DNA of 64,000 nt from Abditibacterium sp. (GTDB taxonomy: Bacteria; Armatimonadota; Abditibacteriia; Abditibacteriales; Abditibacteriaceae). The translations under genes were made by a program, and so were the position numbers. The notes below the pieces were generated by a model. The model saw only the letters and a program-made list of their open reading frames with translations. It had not been told where the DNA came from and did no database searches. The DNA lies in NCBI GenBank assembly GCA_965199495.1, contig CBDASK010000003.1, positions 1,312,001 to 1,376,000 on the forward strand, given 5' to 3'. Shown piece by piece: positions 29,926-40,335 of this stretch (position 1 is the first letter of the stretch; each line of letters starts with the position of its first letter).

Positions 29926-31203
29926 ATGCGTATCTGTGTGTTGACCGAATACTTTCACCCTGACAATACTGGCGGCACCGGGCCGGTCATGTCGAGTTTG
30001 ATCAGACATTTAAAAGACAATTATGACGGAATAGAGATTGATGTTATTACCAGTCTCAATTTATTTCGTGGCACATCGGACGCGCCCCTGATCCGCGAAA
30101 ACTGGAATGGCGTTTCGATTCGTCGCATTCCCTCGCCTCCGGCGGCCAAGAATTCGACGCGCCGTCGTCTGCTCTCCAATCTCTTATTTACTAACGCCGC
30201 GCTCCGCACCTTATTGTTGAGCCGCAACAAATATGATCTGATTTTAGTCGTGACGGCGCCGCCGACATTGCCGATGGCCGCGCGGGTTTATCGCGCGTTA
30301 ACCGGCACGCCCTACGTTTATCTGGTTCACGATCTGTTCCTCGATATGGCGTTGGCAATGAATTTGGTGAAGGACAAAGGACGCAGGACGCGCACCATGC
30401 ACAGCGTGCAACGCAAGTGGTTCGATAAAGCCGCACGCATTGTCGTTTTGGGGCGCTGTATGCGCGATTACGTGAGCAATCATTATCAGGTGAGCGCGGA
30501 AAAAATGAAAATCATTCCGATTCCCGCCAATATTCAGCAAATTCGCGTGACGAACCATCAAACGTGTTTCCGCGAAAAGAATAATTTGGATGGTTTCGTG
30601 GTGTTATACGCGGGCAATTTCGCGCGTTATCAGGATTTCGACACCCTGCTCGATGCCGCCGCCAATTTGCGAGATCGCAGCGATATTACCTTTGTTTTTG
30701 TGGGCGATGGTGCGCGGCGAGAACATATCGAAGCGCGCGTCGCCCACGAAAATTTGACCAATGTGCGCCTGTTACCGTTCGTGCCCGCATCCGAACTCAA
30801 CGATATGTTGGCCTCGGCCAGCGTCTCTCTGGTGAGTCTGGAAAAAGAGATCGCTGGTTTGGCGGTGCCTTCCAAATTCTATAACATCATGGCATCGGGG
30901 CGCCCCACGGTGGCCGTTGTCAATGACAAAAGCGAGGTCGGTTATATCATCAAGGAAGTCCAATGTGGCGTGCAAGTCGATCCCGAAGATAGCGCCTTTT
31001 TGGAACAGGCGCTACGACAACTGGCCGACAATCCAGAGCAGGTGCGCCAAATGGGACTTAATGCACGCGCGGTTTGCGAAGAACGCTTTTCGCGTGAACA
31101 CATCGGGCACCAATTTTATCAACTCTTTGAAGAAGTCATTAGCGAACGCGCGCGCGCCAAAAAATCGCCCAGGAAACAGCAAGTCAAACCGCAGACGATG
31201 TAA
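29926..31203 (+). CDS. Glycosyltransferase family 4 (WbuB-like)
   Basis: EYFHPD, YAGN, FVGDG, PSKFYNIMASGRP. Confidence 0.92.
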   Translation: MRICVLTEYFHPDNTGGTGPVMSSLIRHLKDNYDGIEIDVITSLNLFRGTSDAPLIRENWNGVSIRRIPSPPAAKNSTRRRLLSNLLFTNAALRTLLLSRNKYDLILVVTAPPTLPMAARVYRALTGTPYVYLVHDLFLDMALAMNLVKDKGRRTRTMHSVQRKWFDKAARIVVLGRCMRDYVSNHYQVSAEKMKIIPIPANIQQIRVTNHQTCFREKNNLDGFVVLYAGNFARYQDFDTLLDAAANLRDRSDITFVFVGDGARREHIEARVAHENLTNVRLLPFVPASELNDMLASASVSLVSLEKEIAGLAVPSKFYNIMASGRPTVAVVNDKSEVGYIIKEVQCGVQVDPEDSAFLEQALRQLADNPEQVRQMGLNARAVCEERFSREHIGHQFYQLFEEVISERARAKKSPRKQQVKPQTM

Positions 31204-31237
31204 GAATTCATTTGATTCTTACCATCGCAGTTTGAAC

Positions 31238-32428
31238 TCAAGGTTTTTTGCGGGCTAAATTGCGTTCGATAACGGCCAACAAACTGCGCGCGGCGCCGCC
31301 GATTTCAAAGCGCGCGTTGAAGCAAGCCACGGCGTCTGCACGCATGCGCTGCATTTCTTCAGAAGAGGTCGCCAGCCACGATTCCAGATTGGCGAGCGTG
31401 CCTTCGCGCGTATCGGGCGCCACGAAGCCGACTTTATCGGCGACGATTTCGCGCCAGATGTTGACTTTGTCTGAAATCAAAACCGGCACACCGCACGCCA
31501 GAGCTTCGGCCACCACGATGCCAAAGTTTTCCTGATGCGAGGGCAGAGCGAAAACCTCGGCCACGCGAAAGGCGCCCCATTTCAAGTCGCCCTGCAACAT
31601 GCCCGTCCAGGTGATGCGCTCGGCCACACCCAACTTTTGCGCCTGATTTTGCAGTTCGGCCTGCAAACCCTGCTGATCGGGGCCGGCCATCACCAGATGC
31701 AAATTCGGATCGCGATTCGCGATTTGCGCGAAGGCTTCAATGAGCAAATCGGCGCCTTTTTTGACGTGAATCCGTGAGAGGAATAGCACAACGCGCTTGT
31801 CACGCAATTGCGGAAATTGCTTCAGAAACAGTTCGCGTTGTGCCTCGCCGTGGCTCGGTGGCGCGGCGGTGCCATAATTGACGACGGTTTCGCGAGCGCG
31901 ATATAAGCCAAACGATTGGCGCGCCAGCACGCGCTCTTCTTCTGAGGTGAAGCAAACGGCGCGCGCATCGCGCAAAACGCGATATTCGCCCCACGGCCAA
32001 TACAAACACTTCTTCAAATGCTTGAGCGGATAGGTCGTTTTAAACCACGGATCAAGCATTCCGTGCGGATAAACCAGATAAGGGGTCGAGGTATTGCGTA
32101 ACGCTTTCCACGTCGCGTAACCGCCGAATTGCCACAAGCCGCGCACCAATACCATATCGTAGTTGCGGCGATTGGCCCGCAGCCAGTGCGTGAGGCGAGG
32201 AGCGTAGGCATAGCCGGTTTTCGCCGGGCCGAACGCGCGAATTTTCAGTGGCGAGTCACGCAGCCACGGCGCGTCGGGCGCATCAAGAGAGGCGATTTCA
32301 AAGCGATGCTCGTCTCCCAAAAACCGGTTCATCTGCGTAATGTTTTCGATGGGGCCGCCGCCCGTCGGATCCGTCGAGGTGATGACGTTGAGAATTCTCA
32401 AGCCGCCTCCTAATTTTTCTTGACTCAT
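31238..32428 (-). CDS. Glycosyltransferase family 4
   Basis: PHGML, FLSRIHVKKG, ENFGIVVAEALACG. Confidence 0.93.
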   Translation of the reverse strand: MSQEKLGGGLRILNVITSTDPTGGGPIENITQMNRFLGDEHRFEIASLDAPDAPWLRDSPLKIRAFGPAKTGYAYAPRLTHWLRANRRNYDMVLVRGLWQFGGYATWKALRNTSTPYLVYPHGMLDPWFKTTYPLKHLKKCLYWPWGEYRVLRDARAVCFTSEEERVLARQSFGLYRARETVVNYGTAAPPSHGEAQRELFLKQFPQLRDKRVVLFLSRIHVKKGADLLIEAFAQIANRDPNLHLVMAGPDQQGLQAELQNQAQKLGVAERITWTGMLQGDLKWGAFRVAEVFALPSHQENFGIVVAEALACGVPVLISDKVNIWREIVADKVGFVAPDTREGTLANLESWLATSSEEMQRMRADAVACFNARFEIGGAARSLLAVIERNLARKKP

Positions 32429-34278
32429 GAGGTTTGATGCTTATAAACGGTGCGCGCCCACGCGCCCCACTCACGGTTGAGATCGCGCGCCGAATCGTCA
32501 GCGGCTTTTTCGCCGCCGTGCTGGGTCAGCCAGAGCGCGACCGGCACCGAGAACCCGCTTTTGGCGCGATTCACGATGGCATCGGGCAAAGGCCTGCGCG
32601 GCGTCGCGGCCAAGTCGGCTTTGGTCAGAGTTTTGTGTGCGCTCAAAGCCACCACTTTGCGCAGCAATTCGATGTCAACGAGCGGCGTGCGCACTTCGAG
32701 CGAATGCGCCATGCTCGCCCAATCAGTGTCGCGTAATAACTGGTTCTTCATATACCACGCGGTTTCGAGCGCCGATATTTTCAAATGGGGCGTGCGCAGT
32801 CCGCGCGCCGTCGTGTTGAGGCGCGCCATCGTTTGCAGTTCGCGCCAACCCGCGCGCACCATTTCGCCGTCCATGAATTGCGGCAGTTCCCACGGCATGA
32901 ACAAGCCACGTCGCAGCAGATAGGCGCCGCCGTAAGTCCCGCCGTATTCTAGTAGGCTTGCATACTTCGGCGATGTGCGTTCGCGCAATAATCGGGCGCC
33001 GACCACGCGAAATCCTTTGCCCAGAACGCCGCCCAGCGGCGCCATTTGAAGGGGACGAGTGGCGCTTACCAAACGCGGGATTTGCGCGAAACTTGGATAA
33101 CCGCCAAAAATTTCGTCGCCGCCCAGTCCAGAAAGCGCGACTTTGGCGCCGATGGACGCTGCCGCCCGACTGACCAAATAGGAGTTCACGCCGTCAATCG
33201 TCGGTTGATCCATCGCGTGAAACAATTTTTCGATCTGGTCGCGGAAATCGGCGCCGCGCACCCGAATCGAATGCTGTCGCATGCCGTAATGGCGCGCGAC
33301 CTCTTCGGCCAAAGGCGTTTCATCGCGGTCGGTTCCGACGTATTCGTCAAAGCCCAGCGTCACCGTCGAGAGCGGTTCCTGCGTGACTTCGCTGGCCAAC
33401 GCCGCCAACGTGGCCGAGTCGCGGCCCGCCGAAAGAAACAGGCTGACTGGCACATCCGAAAGCAAGTGATGCTTCAGACTGTCGCGTAGGGCGTCGCCCA
33501 GTTGCTCCAGATTTTCCGCGTGTGCCCGCGCTTGTCGCGCCGAAGTTTGCGAGCGCGCCGCCTCGCGAGCGAGAGCGTCCGTATGGCGCATTTCGCGCGG
33601 AATATTGCAATAGACACGCGGTGTGCGCGCGCCATTTTCGTCAATCCACAGCGAATGGCCAGCGGGCAAAGCGCGGATGCCGCGATAGAGGGTGTAAGGC
33701 TGCGGCACCGATCCCCACAGAAAAAATCCGACGTGTCCGGCGGGTTCGGGCGCGGTGTCTATTTTGCCACCGGCCAACAACGCTTTGACCTGTGAAGCGA
33801 AACGGATGGCCGAGCCGTTGTCCGCGTAGTAGAGCGGCTTCATGCCGAACGGATCGCAGGCCAAAAGTAGGGCGCGTTTATGGGCATCCCACAAACCAAA
33901 GGCAAACATCCCGCGCAAATCGCCCAACATCGCCTCGCCTTTTTGCGCGTAGAGATGCAGCAAAACTTCGGTATCGCAATCCGAGGTGAATCGGACGCCT
34001 CGCGCTTCTAAGCCGCGCCGCAATTCGGGATAATTGTAGATTTCGCCGTTGAACGTGACAACGAGCGAACCGTCCGCCGAGGCCATCGGTTGCGCGCCAG
34101 CCTCGCTGAGATCAAGAATGGAAAGGCGCCGGTGCGCCAATCCCAGACGCTCGTCCGAGTTCAGATAAATCCCGGCGCCGTCGGGGCCGCGAGAACACAT
34201 ATAATCGCGAACTCGCAGCAACTCTTCTTGTTGCACAGGGCCGTTGTTATAGGAATAGATTCCGGAAATACCGCACAT
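32425..34278 (-). CDS. asnB: Asparagine synthase (glutamine-hydrolysing)-family amidotransferase
   Basis: N-terminal MCGI, RGPDG, HRRLSI, FNGEIYN, GMKPLYY, LSGLGGDEIFGGY. Confidence 0.92.
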   Translation of the reverse strand: MCGISGIYSYNNGPVQQEELLRVRDYMCSRGPDGAGIYLNSDERLGLAHRRLSILDLSEAGAQPMASADGSLVVTFNGEIYNYPELRRGLEARGVRFTSDCDTEVLLHLYAQKGEAMLGDLRGMFAFGLWDAHKRALLLACDPFGMKPLYYADNGSAIRFASQVKALLAGGKIDTAPEPAGHVGFFLWGSVPQPYTLYRGIRALPAGHSLWIDENGARTPRVYCNIPREMRHTDALAREAARSQTSARQARAHAENLEQLGDALRDSLKHHLLSDVPVSLFLSAGRDSATLAALASEVTQEPLSTVTLGFDEYVGTDRDETPLAEEVARHYGMRQHSIRVRGADFRDQIEKLFHAMDQPTIDGVNSYLVSRAAASIGAKVALSGLGGDEIFGGYPSFAQIPRLVSATRPLQMAPLGGVLGKGFRVVGARLLRERTSPKYASLLEYGGTYGGAYLLRRGLFMPWELPQFMDGEMVRAGWRELQTMARLNTTARGLRTPHLKISALETAWYMKNQLLRDTDWASMAHSLEVRTPLVDIELLRKVVALSAHKTLTKADLAATPRRPLPDAIVNRAKSGFSVPVALWLTQHGGEKAADDSARDLNREWGAWARTVYKHQTS

Positions 34279-34301
34279 AAGACTGAAGGAAACTGAAGGG
34301 A

Positions 34302-35456
34302 TTAGCGACGCGTCTGCGCCACAATTTGTTCGTAGGCGCGCACGTAACATTCTACCATATGCGCCGCCGAAAACTTCTCTGCCTGGCGCAAACCAGCAGT
34401 CACGCGCACTTGCTTTTCGGCTGCGGTTTCGTCCAAAACGGCGCGCAATCGCACGGCGGCGGCGGTTTCCTCTTTGGGATCAAGGTAAACCGCCGCCTCA
34501 CCGCCGACTTCGGTCATCGGCGCCTCTCCCGTCGTAACGACCCGGCATCCGCACGCCTGAGCTTCGGCAATCGGCCAGCCAAACCCTTCGGCCAGTGAAG
34601 GAAAAAGCAGCGCATCAGCCAACGAATACAATGCGCGCAACGCTTCATTGGGAGGCCGCTCGACAAATATCATCTCGTTTTCTAAATTCTGCGTTTGCAC
34701 GACTTCGCGACTGGCTTCGTCGATCGGCTTGCCCGCCAGCACGAGCAGAGGCGCGCGGTCGGCATCCTCGCGCCGCAAATGATCGTAAATGCGCAGCACG
34801 CCAATCCGATTTTTATACCAGTCGTTGGCTCCGACATGCAACACGAAGCCACGCGCCATCGCTTCGTCGGCACGCGGGCTAAGTAGCACGCGCAAATATT
34901 CGAGCGCCTCGGCTTCGGGCATCGGCGCATAGGGATAATTGAGACCCATTTCGATGACCGTCGTGTTTTGCGGAGAACGCGTCGAAACTTCGAGCAGTTC
35001 GCGGCGCGTATTTTCCGAAATACAGGCGATATGAGGCGCGCGATTTAGACCGCGCAAAATCAAATTTTGCAAAATTTTTCCGGTCGTGCCCGTTGGGTTT
35101 TGCGGCACCAATCCCAGCGCCGAACGGATGGCCAACACATCGTTACAAGTCACCAAAAGCGGTTTATTGCACAAATGCCGCACATACATCGCATTAGAAT
35201 GATCGGTGATATGAACGATGTCGGCGCGCCGTGACGCGCGCTTGAGTAGCGCCGGGAACAAAACGAACTTATCAATGTAACCCAGCCATTTCGCGTTGCC
35301 GGAGGGCGGCGCCCCCGTGCGATTAAGCCGCGCCCGTGGCTGCAACAATTGAACGCGATGACCGCGCGCCCTCAATTCGCTTTTGAGAAGCCTGGCGAAA
35401 CGCTGCATACTTTCCTGACGGTCGGGAGCGTAGTTGCCGATGAGCAGTATTTTCAT
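34302..35456 (-). CDS. Glycosyltransferase family 4
   Basis: FPSLAEGFGWPIAEAQACG. Confidence 0.92.
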   Translation of the reverse strand: MKILLIGNYAPDRQESMQRFARLLKSELRARGHRVQLLQPRARLNRTGAPPSGNAKWLGYIDKFVLFPALLKRASRRADIVHITDHSNAMYVRHLCNKPLLVTCNDVLAIRSALGLVPQNPTGTTGKILQNLILRGLNRAPHIACISENTRRELLEVSTRSPQNTTVIEMGLNYPYAPMPEAEALEYLRVLLSPRADEAMARGFVLHVGANDWYKNRIGVLRIYDHLRREDADRAPLLVLAGKPIDEASREVVQTQNLENEMIFVERPPNEALRALYSLADALLFPSLAEGFGWPIAEAQACGCRVVTTGEAPMTEVGGEAAVYLDPKEETAAAVRLRAVLDETAAEKQVRVTAGLRQAEKFSAAHMVECYVRAYEQIVAQTRR

Positions 35457-35640
35457 AAATAATTGTGGGGGAACTTTTCACAGTCCACGATGACTCGCTA
35501 AAAGCACTGCTTTCGTATCACGCGGCGATTTATAGATGTTCCGGAAAACATTGCCCACATGAAAATCAAGTGAGCGAGACTAAGCTATTCGAATTGGCTA
35601 TATTTACAAATGATGTCGAAAATGAATCACATGTGAACAA

Positions 35641-37035
35641 CTACGAAGATTTAATGCGCTGAGTCATTTTCATTGATGCGCAGCATAATCCTGAGATAAA
35701 AGCCGCAAAACCCAATGCCGTCGGCTGAGGAAACATTCCGTTGAGAATGAGAACTCCGCAAATGGCGAACAAGAGTAGCGGCAAAACATTACTAAGGATT
35801 GCACACCGCACCGACATCCATCCCAAGTACAAAGTTAAAGCGACACGCCAAAGAATAAAAGCGCTCCCTAAAATGGGGCCGCTCTCCAATATGTTGCGCG
35901 ACCATTCGCCTTCTTGCGAAATAAAATAAGCGCCAGCACCGGCTAAGGCAATACCACCATTTGTTCCCAATCCCAAGCCATGCCCTAAAAATGGAGCACT
36001 AAAAAGCGCAAAAACCGGTCTTGTAAATTCATCTAATACTCGAATAACCATATCGCTACCGACAGCTCCAGTTGAACTGGCTGCCCCCTCACTACGATAC
36101 AACAACAAACCAAAACCCAGTTGCACGATGGGAATATTGGAAGCCCCGAAAAGAAGCATTGTCGTAAGACAAATACCAAGCAACCAGCGCGTAATATACT
36201 GCGGTTGCAAAAATACCGCAGCCACAAAACCGAAGACGAATACCAAACCGACATTAACGATCAAAGAGCGACTAATAGAAACGGACATTGCCAATAACAA
36301 TGCGGCAGCAGCGAACGCGGTTAATGCTTTTGCTTGGCGTGCTGATCCATGACTGAATTGCTCATTGACCAAAAATGCAGCAACCGCACCAAAGAAGTAA
36401 ATCGGTCCGGTGACAAACGAAAAAGTCGCCGGGGGACGAATACGGCCACCGGCTCCTGTTATTTGTTCAAAATCGCCCATCACTCCTGCATTGACGATAG
36501 AAAGGGGAGGAGCTAAAAACTGTAGAACCATTAAAATCGCCAATGGGATCGAAAGCACAAACGTCCAATAACCAAATTGCTTGATGTCTTTTGAAGTAAG
36601 CAAATGCCCCATCACAAAGATGAGAGGCAAATGTAAAAAGTCGGCGCGAAAACCATAAAGAGCTGTCGGCACACTACTCGAAGTCAACAACACCCCCACC
36701 GCAAGAGACACAATCGCGATCACACCCAGTGTCGACACAAAAACATTGCGAGGAAAAACACCCGCGCGCCAAGCAAAAAAATAGATCGCGATCACGATGG
36801 GATCGCGAACCACGAGCAACGGCGTTGAAAGGGAAGGCACAATCCACTTGCGCAAAGATCCTTCAAAAATCAAAAGCCAGAAATAAATCCATATTAATTT
36901 TTTGGCGCGCTCAATATCGCGGGCACGCTTCATCCTTGCAATTGCGACTTGTTTTTGTTGCCCGAAATCCTTCGGTACATCTGGTAAGTTCAGAGTTACC
37001 GGCGAGGAGCCGTTAAAAGTTGTGGTCTCGTTCAT
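35641..37035 (-). CDS. Polytopic membrane protein, putative polysaccharide polymerase/ligase
   Basis: Many TM helices; EGSLRKW, RPPATFSF, G.GLG.G motifs; lies inside the glycosyltransferase cluster. Confidence 0.65.
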   Translation of the reverse strand: MNETTTFNGSSPVTLNLPDVPKDFGQQKQVAIARMKRARDIERAKKLIWIYFWLLIFEGSLRKWIVPSLSTPLLVVRDPIVIAIYFFAWRAGVFPRNVFVSTLGVIAIVSLAVGVLLTSSSVPTALYGFRADFLHLPLIFVMGHLLTSKDIKQFGYWTFVLSIPLAILMVLQFLAPPLSIVNAGVMGDFEQITGAGGRIRPPATFSFVTGPIYFFGAVAAFLVNEQFSHGSARQAKALTAFAAAALLLAMSVSISRSLIVNVGLVFVFGFVAAVFLQPQYITRWLLGICLTTMLLFGASNIPIVQLGFGLLLYRSEGAASSTGAVGSDMVIRVLDEFTRPVFALFSAPFLGHGLGLGTNGGIALAGAGAYFISQEGEWSRNILESGPILGSAFILWRVALTLYLGWMSVRCAILSNVLPLLLFAICGVLILNGMFPQPTALGFAAFISGLCCASMKMTQRIKSS

Positions 37036-37042
37036 TACAGTT

Positions 37043-38218
37043 CTATTGTTTCGATTGGTTGTGCGCGATGCCAATGAGTTTCTCAAAAAGAGACACCATT
37101 TTATCTCCGTATTCGTTCCAACCACCCATGTTTTGCACGCGCTGCAAAGCGGCACTCGACATCTGTGCGCGTAGTTCTGGCGTGTCAGCCAAAAGCTGAA
37201 GACGTTCGGCGAGCGCGATAGGGTCGCGGATTGGCAATATAAATCCTTGCACGCATTCTTCTATCAAGTCTTCAACACCCGAATTCGTTGTGCCGATGAC
37301 CGGGCAGGCGCAGGCCATCGCTTGGGCCTGCACCATTGCCAATCCCTCTTCTACACTCGGCAAAACCAAGACATGGCTGCGGCTCATAACCTCTTTCAAG
37401 CGTTCTTGAGGCATATGTCCGGTGCAAGTCACACTCTGGGTTTGAGTATATCTTTCTAAAAAACGTTCGATTTCAGGCGCTCTGCTACCAACGATGGTAA
37501 GAGACTTGTTGGGATGTCGCAACTGTTCAAAGCCTTCTAAGAGATAGCGAATTCCTTTACGTGGCGTCACCGATCCAACGAATAGGACATCGAAACGATT
37601 AGGATCAGGCGTAGCGACCGGCGTGAAACGTGATAGGTCAACACCGTAAGGCACCAGATGAATCTTGCCAGGTTCGAAACCCATTTCCAGAAAAGAACGC
37701 CGCGCGAAACTGGATCCCACAGTAATGGCATCCGCCTGCTCATACTCGCGTTCTTCGCGCTCGACAATCCGGGGGTCGACCTGAAATTTCAAATTGTAGC
37801 GAGCGTACTCCTCGCGCAGAATAGCGTCTTGATTGCGAATATGAGAGCCAGGGCGATCACAAATATAAATGGCACCGCGCGACTGGGCAACTTTGCCAGA
37901 GCGTAAACCCGTGTTTGCCAGCGCCATGAATATATCGCATGCAGGCAGGCGTCCCGCAACATAGCGATCCAACAGGCAGTTGGATCGCCACGCCATCTCA
38001 TCGCTTATCCATTGACCCGACAAACCTAATTTACCGCGCGCCATGTAAAGTGTTTGCAATGGCGGAAAGGAACGAATAAGTTGCGAGGGAAGTTCTTCGC
38101 CGCGCAGTTTAAAGCGTGGATAACCAGTAAAAATAGCCGTCAACTGCTCGCGCAGGTAAAGTTGCCGTGCCAGATCGAAAGTATGAAATTTACCAATTGT
38201 GGAAAGGACAACGTTCAT
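37043..38218 (-). CDS. Glycosyltransferase family 4
   Basis: FVGSVTPRKG, LPSVEEGLAMVQAQAMAC. Confidence 0.92.
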   Translation of the reverse strand: MNVVLSTIGKFHTFDLARQLYLREQLTAIFTGYPRFKLRGEELPSQLIRSFPPLQTLYMARGKLGLSGQWISDEMAWRSNCLLDRYVAGRLPACDIFMALANTGLRSGKVAQSRGAIYICDRPGSHIRNQDAILREEYARYNLKFQVDPRIVEREEREYEQADAITVGSSFARRSFLEMGFEPGKIHLVPYGVDLSRFTPVATPDPNRFDVLFVGSVTPRKGIRYLLEGFEQLRHPNKSLTIVGSRAPEIERFLERYTQTQSVTCTGHMPQERLKEVMSRSHVLVLPSVEEGLAMVQAQAMACACPVIGTTNSGVEDLIEECVQGFILPIRDPIALAERLQLLADTPELRAQMSSAALQRVQNMGGWNEYGDKMVSLFEKLIGIAHNQSKQ

Positions 38219-39429
38219 AATTCGCGCGCTCCAATCGTATATTCCAGAGCCGCCAACAAGCCTTCTAAGTCTTGCTGAAAACTCCATCCGTTGATAATTC
38301 GCAGACTTTCTTGCCCCATACGCCGGGCGCATTCGGGATCGGAAGTGATTTTTCGCAAATGCTCGCCCAGAAGATGGACATCGCCGACGGGCACGACAAA
38401 ACCGTTCTTTCCCTCTTTCACCAGATCGGGAGCCGAACCTACGCCTTCCGTCACAATCAACGGTTTGCCCGCGTTCATGACTTCGTTCACGACCAATCCC
38501 CAGGGTTCACGCTCCGAGGGTAGCACAAAGACATCGCAGAGATCATAAAACGCGGGCAGTTCGGTTTGATTCTTAAAGCCTAAAAATTTTATGCTCGACC
38601 AACCCAGTTTATCCGCGTTCGCTCCCAGCATATGTCCCTGCTCACCATCGCCAATGAAGAGGAGGTAAGGCAATGGCTCACGTTTTCCATCGGGCGAGAG
38701 GCGCGCGTAAGCCTCAATTAAATCACCGGCTCGTTTACGCGCAATAAATTTGGAGGCGAACAAAATAACCGGACGATCAGGCTCCAACCCCAATTCGGCG
38801 CGCAGAATTTCTCGCCGTGGCTGTGCTGCGGCGACGCGCGCTTGAAAAAAAGCGTTATCTACCGCATAGGGCATTGAAAAAATGCGCTCGTTAGGCACGC
38901 CATAATGGCGATAGTATTCGCGATTGGGCGAACCGATGGACAGAAAACCGTCCGCGCGATTAAAGATATAACGTAATAAAGCTTCTTTTAATTGGACGGT
39001 GCCACGCGCGCGCAACGCGCTATCCATTTGAGATTCAGCGCGCAGTAACACCTTAATTCCCAACATTTTCGCGAGAGCCAGCGCGCGAAGATTGACGTTG
39101 TGAGCGTAACCGTGCATCCAGAGCGCATCGAAGCCACCGCTTTTCAAGCGCCAGCGTAAACCGCGCGACAACGGGCGCAAAGCATTCACCGGATCTGTGC
39201 TACCGTAAGCGGGCAAAAAATCGTGCTGGTAACCTTCGGTCAATGGTACGTCCCACGTTACGGTTCCACCAAAACCCTCGTCTTGATAACTTCTCATGGA
39301 AAAATCAGACAAAAAGAACGTCTTGAGTTCAATTTCTGGTTGCGACGAAACGAAACGCAGCAGTGGCGCTTGATATTGAATAGGATGCGAAACCAAATAG
39401 GCAACGCGGTAAGGACGAGTTAATTTCAA
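38215..39429 (-). CDS. Glycosyltransferase family 4
   Basis: HPIQY, EPWGLVVNEVM. Confidence 0.92.
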   Translation of the reverse strand: MKLTRPYRVAYLVSHPIQYQAPLLRFVSSQPEIELKTFFLSDFSMRSYQDEGFGGTVTWDVPLTEGYQHDFLPAYGSTDPVNALRPLSRGLRWRLKSGGFDALWMHGYAHNVNLRALALAKMLGIKVLLRAESQMDSALRARGTVQLKEALLRYIFNRADGFLSIGSPNREYYRHYGVPNERIFSMPYAVDNAFFQARVAAAQPRREILRAELGLEPDRPVILFASKFIARKRAGDLIEAYARLSPDGKREPLPYLLFIGDGEQGHMLGANADKLGWSSIKFLGFKNQTELPAFYDLCDVFVLPSEREPWGLVVNEVMNAGKPLIVTEGVGSAPDLVKEGKNGFVVPVGDVHLLGEHLRKITSDPECARRMGQESLRIINGWSFQQDLEGLLAALEYTIGAREL

Positions 39430-39708
39430 GAGATCATTTCCTTTTGCACTATATCGTGGAGCGTGATCAGATTATTAATTTTCAATTCATCTGATAATAT
39501 TTTTATATTTGCGAAGGGCAAAATATAATTGTATTTCTTCAAATTAATTTCACAAAAACAACTTCTAATTAATTTAATTTTCATTTTTCCACCAAGCGAT
39601 TAGAATTTACGTAATTGCTCCTGTCATAGTAGTTCAACTCGGTATTGATTACGAGTGCACAGACAAACTACACGAAAAATAGTAAATTCGCGCTCAAATG
39701 CGTAGCCT

Positions 39709-40329
39709 TTAGCGAGGTTCATCTTCAATCATTTCACGGCCTTCTTTGCCGATCCACGCGTCTTGAAAAGCCAAGAATCGCACCGGACTGTAACGCAATT
39801 TGTGAATACGCTTTTCTTTTTTAATTATAGCGGGATTACCGATGGCCAACGCATAATCGGGCACGTCTCGGCTCACTACGGTAGCCGCACCGACAACTGC
39901 GCCTCGCCCAATTTTCACTCCTGGCAAAATAGTCGAACCCGTCGCAATCCAAGCGTAATCGCCGATGTGAACTTCGCCCAATTTGTGACGCCATAAAGGA
40001 TCTCGTAAATCGTGACTTGCCGTAAGTATCGTCACACCATCATTGATGCAAACAAAGGAGCCAATCGACAATTTATCGTGCAACATAATCGTCGCTCGTC
40101 CGATAAAAGAAGCATTGCCTACGATCAAATTGCTCATCTGACCTTGAATATCCGTTTCGCCAATACAAGCGTCAACGGCGATGTTCGCGCCGCTCCGGAT
40201 AAGGCGATGGCGCCGAGATGCGACTCGCAACAATCCCGGTAAAGTCAGAATACGCTTAGCCCAAGCTTTGAAAAACTCCTGCGAGCCGACGGGCGGGCGG
40301 CTGCGGTGGCTCCACAAATAAGAGAACAT
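39709..40329 (-). CDS. Hexapeptide-repeat (LbH) O-acetyltransferase
   Basis: ILTASHD, IGDYAWI, LPGVKIGRGAVVGA, GNPA. Confidence 0.9.
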   Translation of the reverse strand: MFSYLWSHRSRPPVGSQEFFKAWAKRILTLPGLLRVASRRHRLIRSGANIAVDACIGETDIQGQMSNLIVGNASFIGRATIMLHDKLSIGSFVCINDGVTILTASHDLRDPLWRHKLGEVHIGDYAWIATGSTILPGVKIGRGAVVGAATVVSRDVPDYALAIGNPAIIKKEKRIHKLRYSPVRFLAFQDAWIGKEGREMIEDEPR

Positions 40330-40335
40330 AGCGAA